A DNA stretch of 64,000 nucleotides from Candidatus Omnitrophota bacterium (GCA_016180575.1 JACPAY010000001.1:64857-128856); one strand, 5' to 3'. Positions 35,801 to 43,485 are shown, counted from the stretch's first letter. Made by a program: numbers and translations. The notes: generated by a model not told the origin, from the letters alone.

Positions 35801-36604
35801 ATGATTGATCTTGAGCTTGAGCTGCTCAACGACCAGGACCACCGGCTCGTCCACGTCCAGGAGGAGCCGGCGCTGGAGATCGCGCTGCCCCAGGTGTTCG
35901 TCCAGCCGGAGCTCGCCGCGCTGCAGCGGGGCCGGCTGCCGAACGTGGAAGCGGCGGTCGCCCAGATCTTCCGGCGCTGCCGCGCCAATCCGGAGGCCCC
36001 CCTGGGGCCGGAGTACCAGGAGCTGGTCACGGAGTTCCAGCCGCTCTTCACCTGGACGATCGCCTGCTGGGACTACCTGCTCTCGACGGAAGGGTGCCGG
36101 TTCCTGCCCCGCCACGGCGAGCTCCGCGCCGGGGCGCGCGGCGACTACCGGGCGGTGACGGACAAAGACTACTCGCGCATGGTCCACGCCATCTTCCGGC
36201 AGTGCGTCTTGGAATTCGCCCAGCAGCCCGAGGCCCTGTCGCTCGGCCAGTGGCTGCGGGAGCGGCTCTGGCCCCGCATCCTGGAAGCCTACCGCCGGCT
36301 GGAGAACCCGCCGGACCCCCGCCAGCGCATCCTCACCCCCTACAGCTACCTGCGGTGCGTGCCGTATCAGTTCCTGAACGATTTCCACCATGAGCTCGTC
36401 TACTCCACCGCCAAGCGGCTGCCGCCCCCCGAGTGGGCGGCCATCGACGCGTATTTCCTCCACTTCTACACCGAGCCCGCCTCGGCCGACGCCATGGGCT
36501 GCTCCGTCGAGGAGCTGCTCGCCCGCCTGCGCCAGGGACTGCGCACCCTCCTCCTCAACGACCGGCTGGTCTACTGCCTCCTGCGCCAGATCGAACGCTA
36601 TTAG
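35801..36604 (+). CDS. hypothetical protein with C-terminal sigma-70 region-4-like helix-turn-helix
   Basis: 267-aa ORF. The C-terminus LPPPEWAAIDAYFLHFYTEPASADAMGCSVEELLARLRQGLRTLL resembles sigma region 4.2. I could not recognise a region 2. It is driven by a leaderless-type promoter. Confidence 0.45.
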   Translation: MIDLELELLNDQDHRLVHVQEEPALEIALPQVFVQPELAALQRGRLPNVEAAVAQIFRRCRANPEAPLGPEYQELVTEFQPLFTWTIACWDYLLSTEGCRFLPRHGELRAGARGDYRAVTDKDYSRMVHAIFRQCVLEFAQQPEALSLGQWLRERLWPRILEAYRRLENPPDPRQRILTPYSYLRCVPYQFLNDFHHELVYSTAKRLPPPEWAAIDAYFLHFYTEPASADAMGCSVEELLARLRQGLRTLLLNDRLVYCLLRQIERY

Positions 36605-36658
36605 ATTAGCGCGGCCTTTATTGTACCGTAGCGGTGCCGCGCCGTCGGAAAATAGTGC

Positions 36659-36687
36659 TGGACGCTGACGGCGAAAAACCCTATACT
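36659..36687 (+). promoter_or_regulatory. candidate promoter of the desaturase gene
   Basis: TGGACG-N17-TATACT in a low-G+C intergenic patch. An imperfect inverted repeat CTATAC..GCGC..GTATAG overlaps the -10. Confidence 0.4.
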
Positions 36688-36736
36688 ATAGCGCAATAGT
36701 AGTGTATAGAAGGAACGCGCCGGCCAGGAGGTGTGG

Positions 36737-37642
36737 ATGGACTCAGTCGCAACGGGTGGCATGGTGCTGGCAGCACCGCGGACAAAATGGGAGATCGCGG
36801 CCGGCATCGCCATCGTGCATGCCGGTGCCATGCTGGCGCCCTTCACGTTCACCTGGAGCGCCTTCTGGGTGTTCTTCGTCCTCCAGTTCCTCACCGGCCT
36901 GCTCGGCGTCACGCTCTGCTTCCACCGGCTCCTCGCGCACCGCAGCTTCCAGGTCCCCAAGTGGCTCGAGTACGCCCTGACCGTCTGCGGCTCGCTGGCG
37001 CTCCAGGGCGGGCCCATCAAGTGGGTCGCCACCCACCGGGTGCATCACGCGTTCTCCGACCGCCCGCAGGACCCCCACAGCCCCACCCGCGGCTTCTGGT
37101 GGGCGCACATGCTGTGGCTCTTCGCCTACGATGAGGTGATCGACCATCCGACCAAGTACCACCGCTACGCGCCGGAGCTGGCCCGCGACCCGGTCCACCG
37201 GTTCATCGAGAAGACGTTCGTCTGGCACACCATCCTGTTGGGCGTCGTCCTGTTCGCGGTGGGCGGGCTGCCGTGGCTCGTGTGGGGGTTGTTCTTCCGC
37301 ACCGCCTTCGTCTACCACGCCACGTGGCTCGTGAACTCCGCCGCCCACCTCTGGGGCTACCAGAGCTACAACACGAATGAGGGCTCCCGGAACAACTGGT
37401 GGGTCGCCTTGCTCTCGTACGGCGAGGGCTGGCACAACAACCACCACGCCTACCTCCATTCAGCCGCGCATGGGCTGCGCTGGTGGGAGGTCGACATCAC
37501 CTACCTCACGATCCGCGCGCTGGCCTGGCTGAAGCTGGCCACCCGCATCCGGATGCCGCAGGGCAATCCGGCCAAGCTGCCCGCCATCAAGCCGATTTCG
37601 GTGCGGCCGCTCCGGCTGCCGATCCCGACCCTCTCGGTCTAA
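36737..37642 (+). CDS. acyl-CoA/acyl-lipid delta-9-type fatty acid desaturase
   Basis: His boxes HRLLAH, HRVHH and HNNHH. SD CCAGGAGG lies 6 nt before ATG 36737. The track starts at GTG 36731. Confidence 0.9.
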   Translation: MDSVATGGMVLAAPRTKWEIAAGIAIVHAGAMLAPFTFTWSAFWVFFVLQFLTGLLGVTLCFHRLLAHRSFQVPKWLEYALTVCGSLALQGGPIKWVATHRVHHAFSDRPQDPHSPTRGFWWAHMLWLFAYDEVIDHPTKYHRYAPELARDPVHRFIEKTFVWHTILLGVVLFAVGGLPWLVWGLFFRTAFVYHATWLVNSAAHLWGYQSYNTNEGSRNNWWVALLSYGEGWHNNHHAYLHSAAHGLRWWEVDITYLTIRALAWLKLATRIRMPQGNPAKLPAIKPISVRPLRLPIPTLSV

Positions 37643-37650
37643 CAAAAAAG

Positions 37651-37700
37651 AAAAAGGTACCGGGTACTTTTCCCGCTTTGGGAAGTACCCGGTACTTTTT
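37651..37700. terminator. Family B hairpin repeat, copy B3, acting as a bidirectional intrinsic terminator
   Basis: AAAAAGGTACCGGGTACTTTTCCCGCTTTGGGAAGTACCCGGTACTTTTT lies between the convergent desaturase (stop 37642) and the oxidase IV-like gene (stop 37702). The stem of about 18 bp is flanked by an A-run on one side and a T-run on the other. Confidence 0.75.
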
Positions 37701-37701
37701 G

Positions 37702-37980
37702 TTACAGCCGGATGAGGAAGCTGGAGAAGACGACGCCGAGGGCGAGGGCGATCAGCCCGAAGGGGGCGAGCGCGACGAACGCGAGGAGCCGCCGGTCGCC
37801 CTTGAGGTGCATGTAGAAGAGCGCGACCAGCGCGGCCTTGATGGAGGAGAGCGCCACGACGATGCCCACGATGCCCGCGCGCGGCAGGCGCAGGAGCGGC
37901 CATTCCGACAGGACCACCCCCAGCAGCATGAGCCCTGCCAGCCATCCCCAGATAATCAGATAGAGCCTCGTCCCAGCCAT
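37702..37980 (-). CDS. heme-copper oxidase subunit IV-like small membrane protein (CyoD/QoxD-type)
   Basis: 92 aa with 3 TM. ..AALVALFYMHLK.. resembles prokaryotic COX4 proteins. It directly follows the subunit III-like gene. Confidence 0.7.
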   Translation of the reverse strand: MAGTRLYLIIWGWLAGLMLLGVVLSEWPLLRLPRAGIVGIVVALSSIKAALVALFYMHLKGDRRLLAFVALAPFGLIALALGVVFSSFLIRL

Positions 37981-37983
37981 CGC

Positions 37984-38577
37984 CTAGAAGAGGTAGAGCA
38001 TCGGGAACAGGAAGATCCAGACGATGTCCACGAAGTGCCAGTAGAGACCGGCGTACTCCAGCCGGTGCCCGCGGGCGGCCCACGCCGATTGGGAACGGGC
38101 ATAGGCGAGCACCCAGAGATTGAAGACAATCCCGCCGAGCACGTGCAGCGCGTGGAAGCCGGTCAGGACGAAGTAGCACGACCAGAAGATGTTGGTGCTC
38201 GGAACGATGTGGTGGGAGAACTTCGCGGCGTACTCGAACCCCTTGATGATGAGGAAGCAGGAACCCAGCCCGGCTGTCGCCAGCAGCCAGCCGCGCGTCA
38301 TCCCCAGCGCCCCCCGCCCGGAGGCGGCCAGCGCCAGGACGATGGTCGTGCTGCTGCAGATGAGGATGAGCGTGTTGGCCGTCCCGATCCCCACGTTCAG
38401 GTGCCCCTCGGAGCCCGGCCAGGCGGGGTTCCCCATCCGCAGCACGATGTAGGCGCCGATGAGGCCGGTGAAGAACATCACCTCCGAGGCGAGGAACACC
38501 CACATCCCCAGCTTGCCGCTGGGGATGTGGGTGGCGGTCTCAACCGCGGGATGACCCGCCGTCGCGGTGGTGCTCAT
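37984..38577 (-). CDS. heme-copper oxidase subunit III family protein (CyoC/QoxC/NorE-like)
   Basis: 197 aa with 5 TM: GMWVFLASEVMFF.GL, FHALHV.GG and WHFVD.VW.FLF. No subunit I or II gene is present in the window. Confidence 0.85.
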   Translation of the reverse strand: MSTTATAGHPAVETATHIPSGKLGMWVFLASEVMFFTGLIGAYIVLRMGNPAWPGSEGHLNVGIGTANTLILICSSTTIVLALAASGRGALGMTRGWLLATAGLGSCFLIIKGFEYAAKFSHHIVPSTNIFWSCYFVLTGFHALHVLGGIVFNLWVLAYARSQSAWAARGHRLEYAGLYWHFVDIVWIFLFPMLYLF

Positions 38578-38583
38578 CCACTC

Positions 38584-39105
38584 CTAGAACGCGACTGGCT
38601 TGCCGTCCGCGTCCTGCACGTCCACGCCGCCGTCCGCGCGCGTCCGGGCGACGAACAGCGTGCGGCCGGTGTCGTCGGACCCGACGGTGACCCCGTCGCG
38701 CCGCGACAGCCGCAGGCTGCCGGCCGGCTGGCCGTCGCGGAATTGCTCGACGAGCAGCTCGGGCGCCTCGTATGCCGACGGCGTATAGGTCAGCACGGCC
38801 TCCGCCTCGCCGCGGACGATGCGCTTGGTGGCGGGGTGGTTTACCCCTGCGGTCGTCGGCGGATCAACGGGGTTGTTGCCGGTCCAGAACTCCATGGAGT
38901 TGAACACGACCGCGTCGCCCAGCACCGCGACGCCGTAGATGGGCAGCCACGCGAGGATGAGGAACATGAACTCCCGTTCCCACTTGGCGCCGACCTGCTC
39001 GTTCCACCGGTAGAGCCGCCGGGTGAGGTTGAACGGCCCGAAACACCCGCTCGTCAACAGCCCCAGCGCGACCAGCACGATCCCCGTACGCAGCGCTCGA
39101 TGCAT
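38584..39105 (-). CDS. DUF3332-like lipoprotein
   Basis: 173 aa from ATG 39105, preceded by SD GGGAGGGG. Lipobox LLTSGC then FNLTRRLYRWNEQVG.KWEREFMFLILAWLPIYGVAVLGDAVVFNSMEFWTG.NP. Confidence 0.65.
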   Translation of the reverse strand: MHRALRTGIVLVALGLLTSGCFGPFNLTRRLYRWNEQVGAKWEREFMFLILAWLPIYGVAVLGDAVVFNSMEFWTGNNPVDPPTTAGVNHPATKRIVRGEAEAVLTYTPSAYEAPELLVEQFRDGQPAGSLRLSRRDGVTVGSDDTGRTLFVARTRADGGVDVQDADGKPVAF

Positions 39106-39156
39106 CTGGCCCCTCCCTGTTGTCACGCGCCCCACGTGACCGTAGCGTAACACACG

Positions 39157-39948
39157 TCATTCCCCTTCGCAACCGATGATGAGGCCGCGCGCGGCCCAAC
39201 CGGCGAACCAGTCGGCCACCGGAGGGGCGTCACCCGCCTGCGCCGCCAGCTCCCCGCACACGGCGCCGAGCGGGCGGCCGGCCAGCAGCCCTTCCAGCAC
39301 CGCGTGCTGGCGCTCGTCCACGAGCTCGCAGCGGACCTCCAATCCCTGGCGGAAGACGAGGACGCGCTGGGGGCGGCTGATCAGGTCAATGTCAACCGCC
39401 GGGCGGGGTTGGGTGCGCGCGGCCCAGATGTCGAGGATGGGCCAGGCCGATGCCACGAGCCCGATCGAGGGCTGGAAGACGACCCGCGCGCGGTCCCACG
39501 CCTCAAGCGGCAGCTGGGCGAACCGCCGGGGGTCGATCGGAGGGGCCTCAAAGGCGTGGAACGCCTCGCGGACGGCCCACTCCAGGCGCGCGAGGTCCGG
39601 CAGGAACGGCAGCGTCGAGGTCAGCGGCCAGTCGGCGAGGAACGCGGCCAGGTGGCGGCCGGCCAGGCTGAGGTTGTAGTGCTGCGACGGGTAGCGGTCG
39701 GCGTAGCCGCGGCTCATCTCCGTGAAGGCGCGCTCACCCGCGACATGGCGGATGGCCTCGTACGCCTCGGCGAGCGATTGGCGGATGCGCGCGACGTAGC
39801 CCCCGGCGTACACGGCGAGCCGCTCGGCGCCGGGCGTGCCCCGCTGGGGGTTGAGGAGGTCCGATGGAACGCCGGGGGGCGAATCGCCGCCGGGACGGAG
39901 CCGGGACTTGACCCACCGCTGGACCTCGGCCAGTGGCGGTCCGCTCAT
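39157..39948 (-). CDS. bufC: DUF2063 family protein (BufC/MbnC-like partner of the MNIO enzyme)
   Basis: 263 aa from ATG 39948. Contains ..LAVYAGGYVARIRQSLAEAYEAIRHV.GE.AF. and LARLEWAVREAF. It sits immediately downstream of the DUF692 gene. Confidence 0.75.
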   Translation of the reverse strand: MSGPPLAEVQRWVKSRLRPGGDSPPGVPSDLLNPQRGTPGAERLAVYAGGYVARIRQSLAEAYEAIRHVAGERAFTEMSRGYADRYPSQHYNLSLAGRHLAAFLADWPLTSTLPFLPDLARLEWAVREAFHAFEAPPIDPRRFAQLPLEAWDRARVVFQPSIGLVASAWPILDIWAARTQPRPAVDIDLISRPQRVLVFRQGLEVRCELVDERQHAVLEGLLAGRPLGAVCGELAAQAGDAPPVADWFAGWAARGLIIGCEGE

Positions 39949-39959
39949 CGCGCGGGGGC

Positions 39960-40871
39960 TCACGGCCGCGCCGGCGTTTCGGCGGGCTGGCCGCCGAGGA
40001 CCTGGACGTAGATGGCGCGGGCCCGGTCGGCTTCCTCCGCGAGCCGCGCAAAGGGCGGGATGTCCTCGTCCCATTCGATCAGCGTGGTCACCGGCCCCCA
40101 GCGGGTGAGCGCCTCCCGGTAGAGCGCCCACACCTCGTCGATGACGGGGCGGCTGTGCGTGTCGAAGAGGTACCCGCCCATGTCGGTGTGCCCGGCGAGG
40201 TGGAACTGGCCGACCAGCTCGCCCGGGATGCCGCGGAGGTACTCGAGGGGGTCGAACTGGTGGTTGTAGGCGTTGACGTACACGTTGTTCAGGTCAAGCA
40301 GGATGCCGCAGCCGGAGCGCTCGGCGACGGCGGCGAGGAACTCCCATTCCGGCATCGTCGAGTGCCGGTAGGTCACGTAGGCGGAGACGTTCTCCAGCAG
40401 GATCCGGCGCCCGAGCCGCTCCTGCACCTCGCCCACCCGGCCGGCGACGTGCCGGACCGCTTCCTCGGTGAACGGCAGCGGCAGCAGGTCGTGGAGCTGC
40501 TCCCCCTCCACGCCGGTCCAGCAGAGATGGTCGGAGACGATGGCCGGGTCGATGCGGTCCGCGAGCGCCTTGAGGCGCTCAAGGTAGCGGGGATCGAGCG
40601 GGTCGGAGGAGCCGATCGAAAGCGAGACGCCGTGGAGCGCGACAGGATAGCGGCGGCGCACCGCTTCCAGGATGCGCAGCGGCCGGCCCCCGGAGTCCAT
40701 GAAGTTCTCCGAGATCGCCTCGAACCAATCCATGCGCGGCCAGTCGCGGGTGATGAGGTCGTAGTGCTCGCTGCGCAGCCCCACGCCGCAGCCCAGCGAC
40801 GGCCACCTGGAAAAATGGGACCGGGTGTATTTTTCTATGGTCCTCTGATTGAAAAATATACCCGGTCCCAT
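39960..40871 (-). CDS. bufB: DUF692 / MNIO family (multinuclear non-heme iron oxidative) RiPP-modifying enzyme
   Basis: 303 aa with GVGLRSEHY, FEAISENF, VALHGVSLSIGS, SDHLCW and a TIM-barrel-like pattern. The only in-frame ATG (40871) lies inside repeat B'. CTG after an AGGTGG SD is an alternative start. Confidence 0.85.
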   Translation of the reverse strand: MGPGIFFNQRTIEKYTRSHFSRWPSLGCGVGLRSEHYDLITRDWPRMDWFEAISENFMDSGGRPLRILEAVRRRYPVALHGVSLSIGSSDPLDPRYLERLKALADRIDPAIVSDHLCWTGVEGEQLHDLLPLPFTEEAVRHVAGRVGEVQERLGRRILLENVSAYVTYRHSTMPEWEFLAAVAERSGCGILLDLNNVYVNAYNHQFDPLEYLRGIPGELVGQFHLAGHTDMGGYLFDTHSRPVIDEVWALYREALTRWGPVTTLIEWDEDIPPFARLAEEADRARAIYVQVLGGQPAETPARP

Positions 40872-40905
40872 TTTTCGGTCCCGTTTTTTCCCGGTCCCGC
40901 GGTCC
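40810..40905. repeat. Family B' repeat array between bufA and bufB
   Basis: GAAAAATGGGACCGGGTGTATTTTTC (40810-40835), a 15-nt spacer, then GAAAAATATACCCGGTCCCATTTTTC (40851-40876). The inverted repeat matches at 25/26. It is followed by degenerate GGTCCC(G)TTTTT units up to 40905. Confidence 0.85.
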
Positions 40906-41202
40906 TTACGCGGCGGGCTCGGCCGCTTCCGGCTCTTCGGTCAGGCGGCCGCCCTCGATCCGCAGGCAGTCGTCCTTGTCCAGCTCAATGTAGCTCTGCC
41001 CCTTGCAGGCGTTCTGCCCGGCGCAGGAGTGGCCCTTGCCGCCACAGTCGCCGGTCCCCTGGCACTTGTTGACGCCGTAGCAGTGGACGGTCTCGCCGGC
41101 CTCTTCCGCGGCCTGCGCCTGCTGCCCCAACGAAACCCCTGCTGCCGCCAGCAATCCGGCGACCGACGCCGCCAACAGCGCCCGTTGCGTCTTGCCCTCC
41201 AT
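40906..41202 (-). CDS. bufA: DUF2282-type secreted Cys-rich RiPP precursor (bufferin-like)
   Basis: 98 aa from ATG 41202, preceded by SD GGAGGAGG. Sec signal MEGKTQRALLAASVAGLLAAAGVSLGQQAQA. The core is HCYGVNKCQGTGDCGGKGHSCAGQNACKG...DDC, with 6 Cys. Confidence 0.8.
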   Translation of the reverse strand: MEGKTQRALLAASVAGLLAAAGVSLGQQAQAAEEAGETVHCYGVNKCQGTGDCGGKGHSCAGQNACKGQSYIELDKDDCLRIEGGRLTEEPEAAEPAA

Positions 41203-41237
41203 CCCGTACCCTCCTCCGGTTGATGTGCACCCGCCCC

Positions 41238-41822
41238 TCATTTCACAATCCCTTCGATCTCGAGCGTGATCTCCACCTCGTCCCCCACCAGCAGCTGGCC
41301 GGTCTCCACCACCTCGTTCCAGGTGAGCCCGAACTCCTTCCGGTTGATCGTGACCGTCGCGGTGAAGCCGGAGCGCTGGTTGCCCCAAGGGTCCTTGCCT
41401 TCCCCATGGACGGCCAGATCCAGCACGACGGGCTGCTCGATCCCGTGGATCGTCAGGAGCCCGTGCAGCTTCGCGCCGGCCTCCGTCGCATCGGTCACCT
41501 GGGTGCTGGTGAACGTGATGGTGGGGAACCGCGCCACGTCGAAGAAGTCCTTGGAGCGCAGGTGGGTGTCGCGCTTCTCCACGCGCGTGTCGATGCTGGC
41601 GGCCTGGATGACCGCCTGCGTCTTCCAGTGGTCCGGCTGGCCGGGCACGTACTCGAACGTCCCTTCGAACTCGTTGAAGGTCCCTCGGACGTAGGAGAAG
41701 AGGTGGCGGATCTTGAAGGTGACGGTGGAGTGGTCCTGGTCAATCGTGTAGGCGGTCGCCCAGACCGGCGGCGCGACGAGCAGCGTCCCCAGGACAGCCG
41801 CAATCCCTATGTGCTGACGCAT
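41238..41822 (-). CDS. YceI family periplasmic polyisoprenoid-binding protein
   Basis: 194 aa. Signal peptide, then Y.ID..HS.V.F.I.H...S.V.G.F and ..L.GDLT(I)HG.. Confidence 0.88.
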   Translation of the reverse strand: MRQHIGIAAVLGTLLVAPPVWATAYTIDQDHSTVTFKIRHLFSYVRGTFNEFEGTFEYVPGQPDHWKTQAVIQAASIDTRVEKRDTHLRSKDFFDVARFPTITFTSTQVTDATEAGAKLHGLLTIHGIEQPVVLDLAVHGEGKDPWGNQRSGFTATVTINRKEFGLTWNEVVETGQLLVGDEVEITLEIEGIVK

Positions 41823-41850
41823 GAGATGACCTCCCTAGGCAGGAAACCTT

Positions 41851-41879
41851 ATCTTGATGCCACGGCCCGGCGTTGTCAA
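41851..41879 (-). promoter_or_regulatory. candidate promoter of the yceI-buf operon
   Basis: Minus-strand TTGACA (overlapping the arsC stop), N17, then CAAGAT. The -10 is weak. Confidence 0.3.
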
Positions 41880-42274
41880 GCCCCGGTCCGGCGGCTCATC
41901 AACGCCCGGACGGATGCGCCGAGCTGATCCCGCACCCGGCGGGCCTCCTCGAGCGGCATCGCGACAGGGTCCGGCACCTCCCAGTCGATCCGCTGCCGGG
42001 CCGGCACCGCCGGGCAGGCATCGCCGCAGCCCATCGTGACCACATAGTCCCAGGTCCGCCTCGGGATGTCCGCCAGCCCCTTCGAGCGGTGGCCGGAGAG
42101 ATCGAGGCCCAGCTCGGCCACGAGCTGCGCCGCGATCGGGTGGATCTGGCCGCTCGGACGCGAGCCCGCGCTCCAGATGTCCCATCCTGCTCGGCCAAGC
42201 GACTTGGCCATCGCCTCCGCCATCTGGGAGCGGCAGGAGTTGGCCACGCAGACGAACAGGATGCTTGGCATCAC
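41876..42274 (-). CDS. arsC: arsenate reductase ArsC (low-MW phosphatase fold)
   Basis: 132 aa with ILFVCVANSCRSQMAEA and TMGCGDACP. Confidence 0.75.
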   Translation of the reverse strand: MMPSILFVCVANSCRSQMAEAMAKSLGRAGWDIWSAGSRPSGQIHPIAAQLVAELGLDLSGHRSKGLADIPRRTWDYVVTMGCGDACPAVPARQRIDWEVPDPVAMPLEEARRVRDQLGASVRALMSRRTGA

Positions 42275-42810
42275 TCGCTGGTCATCGGCTCCGTGAGCAC
42301 GATCACGCCGCAGCCGATGCGGCCGCCGGCGTTGCCGGTCGGCTGGCTGAAATCGTCCGCCCGCTCATGCACGACGATCGACCGGCCGCCGACGCTGAAC
42401 GGGCCGCTGCCGAGGATGACGCCGGGCAGGGTGACCGTCAACGAGCCCGACCCGTCCTTCCCGACGTCGATGTTGCCCATGTCTCCCGGGTGCGCGCTCG
42501 TCACCCCGTCCTTCGGCACGAACCCGTGCGGGGTCTTCTCGGGGTTGAAGTGCCCTCCCGCGGCCTCGCCTCCCCGCGCGCAGTCGCCATACTGGTGGAT
42601 GTGCACCGCGTGCTGCCCGGGCGGGGCGCCGGCGAGCTGCACGGTCACCGCCACGCCATCCGGCGTGTCCTGCAGGGTGACGGTCCCGAGCACGCCGGGC
42701 TCCTTCGTTGACCCGATGACCGCCAGGCCATTCTCCGCCCATGCCGCCGCGGCGCCGATCCCCATCGCCATCGCCGCCATCCCCGCCGCCCACATCGATC
42801 CCGGTTTCAT
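42271..42810 (-). CDS. sodC: periplasmic Cu/Zn superoxide dismutase
   Basis: 179 aa from ATG 42810, with SD GAGGAGGG and an ATGA overlap. Contains HAVHIHQYGDC, GGHFNP, HPGDMGN and VVHE..DD. Confidence 0.9.
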   Translation of the reverse strand: MKPGSMWAAGMAAMAMGIGAAAAWAENGLAVIGSTKEPGVLGTVTLQDTPDGVAVTVQLAGAPPGQHAVHIHQYGDCARGGEAAGGHFNPEKTPHGFVPKDGVTSAHPGDMGNIDVGKDGSGSLTVTLPGVILGSGPFSVGGRSIVVHERADDFSQPTGNAGGRIGCGVIVLTEPMTSE

Positions 42811-43469
42811 CGAGCCCTCCTCATTGTTGATGACGACCGCCTCTTCCACGCCGCTTGCCAGAGCAGGAGTCCCATGATGGCCAGGAGCGCCAGCATCAGC
42901 TTCCACGCCTTCGCGAGATCGGTCAGCGAGTAGCCCAGGTACACGAACGCGATGCTCCAGGGGATGATGCCAAGCAGCGTCGCGAACGCGAAGGGGGCGA
43001 AGCGCACCCGGGAAAACCCCAGCCCGTAGTTCTGGACGTCGAACGGCAGATTGGGGATGAACCGGATCAACAGCACCGCCTTGAAGCTGTTGCGGCCCAC
43101 GCGCTCGTCCAGGGACGCCACCCGGCCCTTCAGCAGCGCCGCGACGGCCTCGCGTCCGAGCAGCCTCGCGACGACGAACTGCCCGCAGGCCCGGATCGTC
43201 GCGCCCGTCAGGGCCGCGAGCGTGCCCCAGAGCGGGCCGAACGCCAAGCCGCCGGTGATCGTCATCACGCTCGCCGGCAGCGGGATGAGCGGCTGGCCGT
43301 AGGCCAGGAGATAGATCGCGGGGGACCAGACGCCGAAGGACAGCACGAAGCCCCGCACCCTCTCGGGCGTGAGCGCGGCCACGTTCAGCCCCATGGCCGC
43401 GAGCGCCCAGCCGATGCCCACGATGAGCAGGAGCAGCGCCGCGAGCTTTGCCCAGGCGGAACCGGTCAT
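42807..43469 (-). CDS. TVP38/TMEM64 (DedA-like, SNARE-associated) membrane protein
   Basis: 220 aa from ATG 43469. Multi-TM, with LIPLPASVMTITGGLAFG and RFIPNLPFDVQNY. Confidence 0.75.
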   Translation of the reverse strand: MTGSAWAKLAALLLLIVGIGWALAAMGLNVAALTPERVRGFVLSFGVWSPAIYLLAYGQPLIPLPASVMTITGGLAFGPLWGTLAALTGATIRACGQFVVARLLGREAVAALLKGRVASLDERVGRNSFKAVLLIRFIPNLPFDVQNYGLGFSRVRFAPFAFATLLGIIPWSIAFVYLGYSLTDLAKAWKLMLALLAIMGLLLWQAAWKRRSSSTMRRAR

Positions 43470-43485
43470 GGGGCCCTTCGGCAGC

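Noticed and set aside
37984-38577. Calling the oxidase subunit III-like gene NorE, which would imply a nitric-oxide reductase accessory role.
   Set aside because: No norB/norC or other denitrification genes are in the window. Sequence motifs alone cannot separate NorE from the CyoC, QoxC and CtaE types, so I kept the generic family call.
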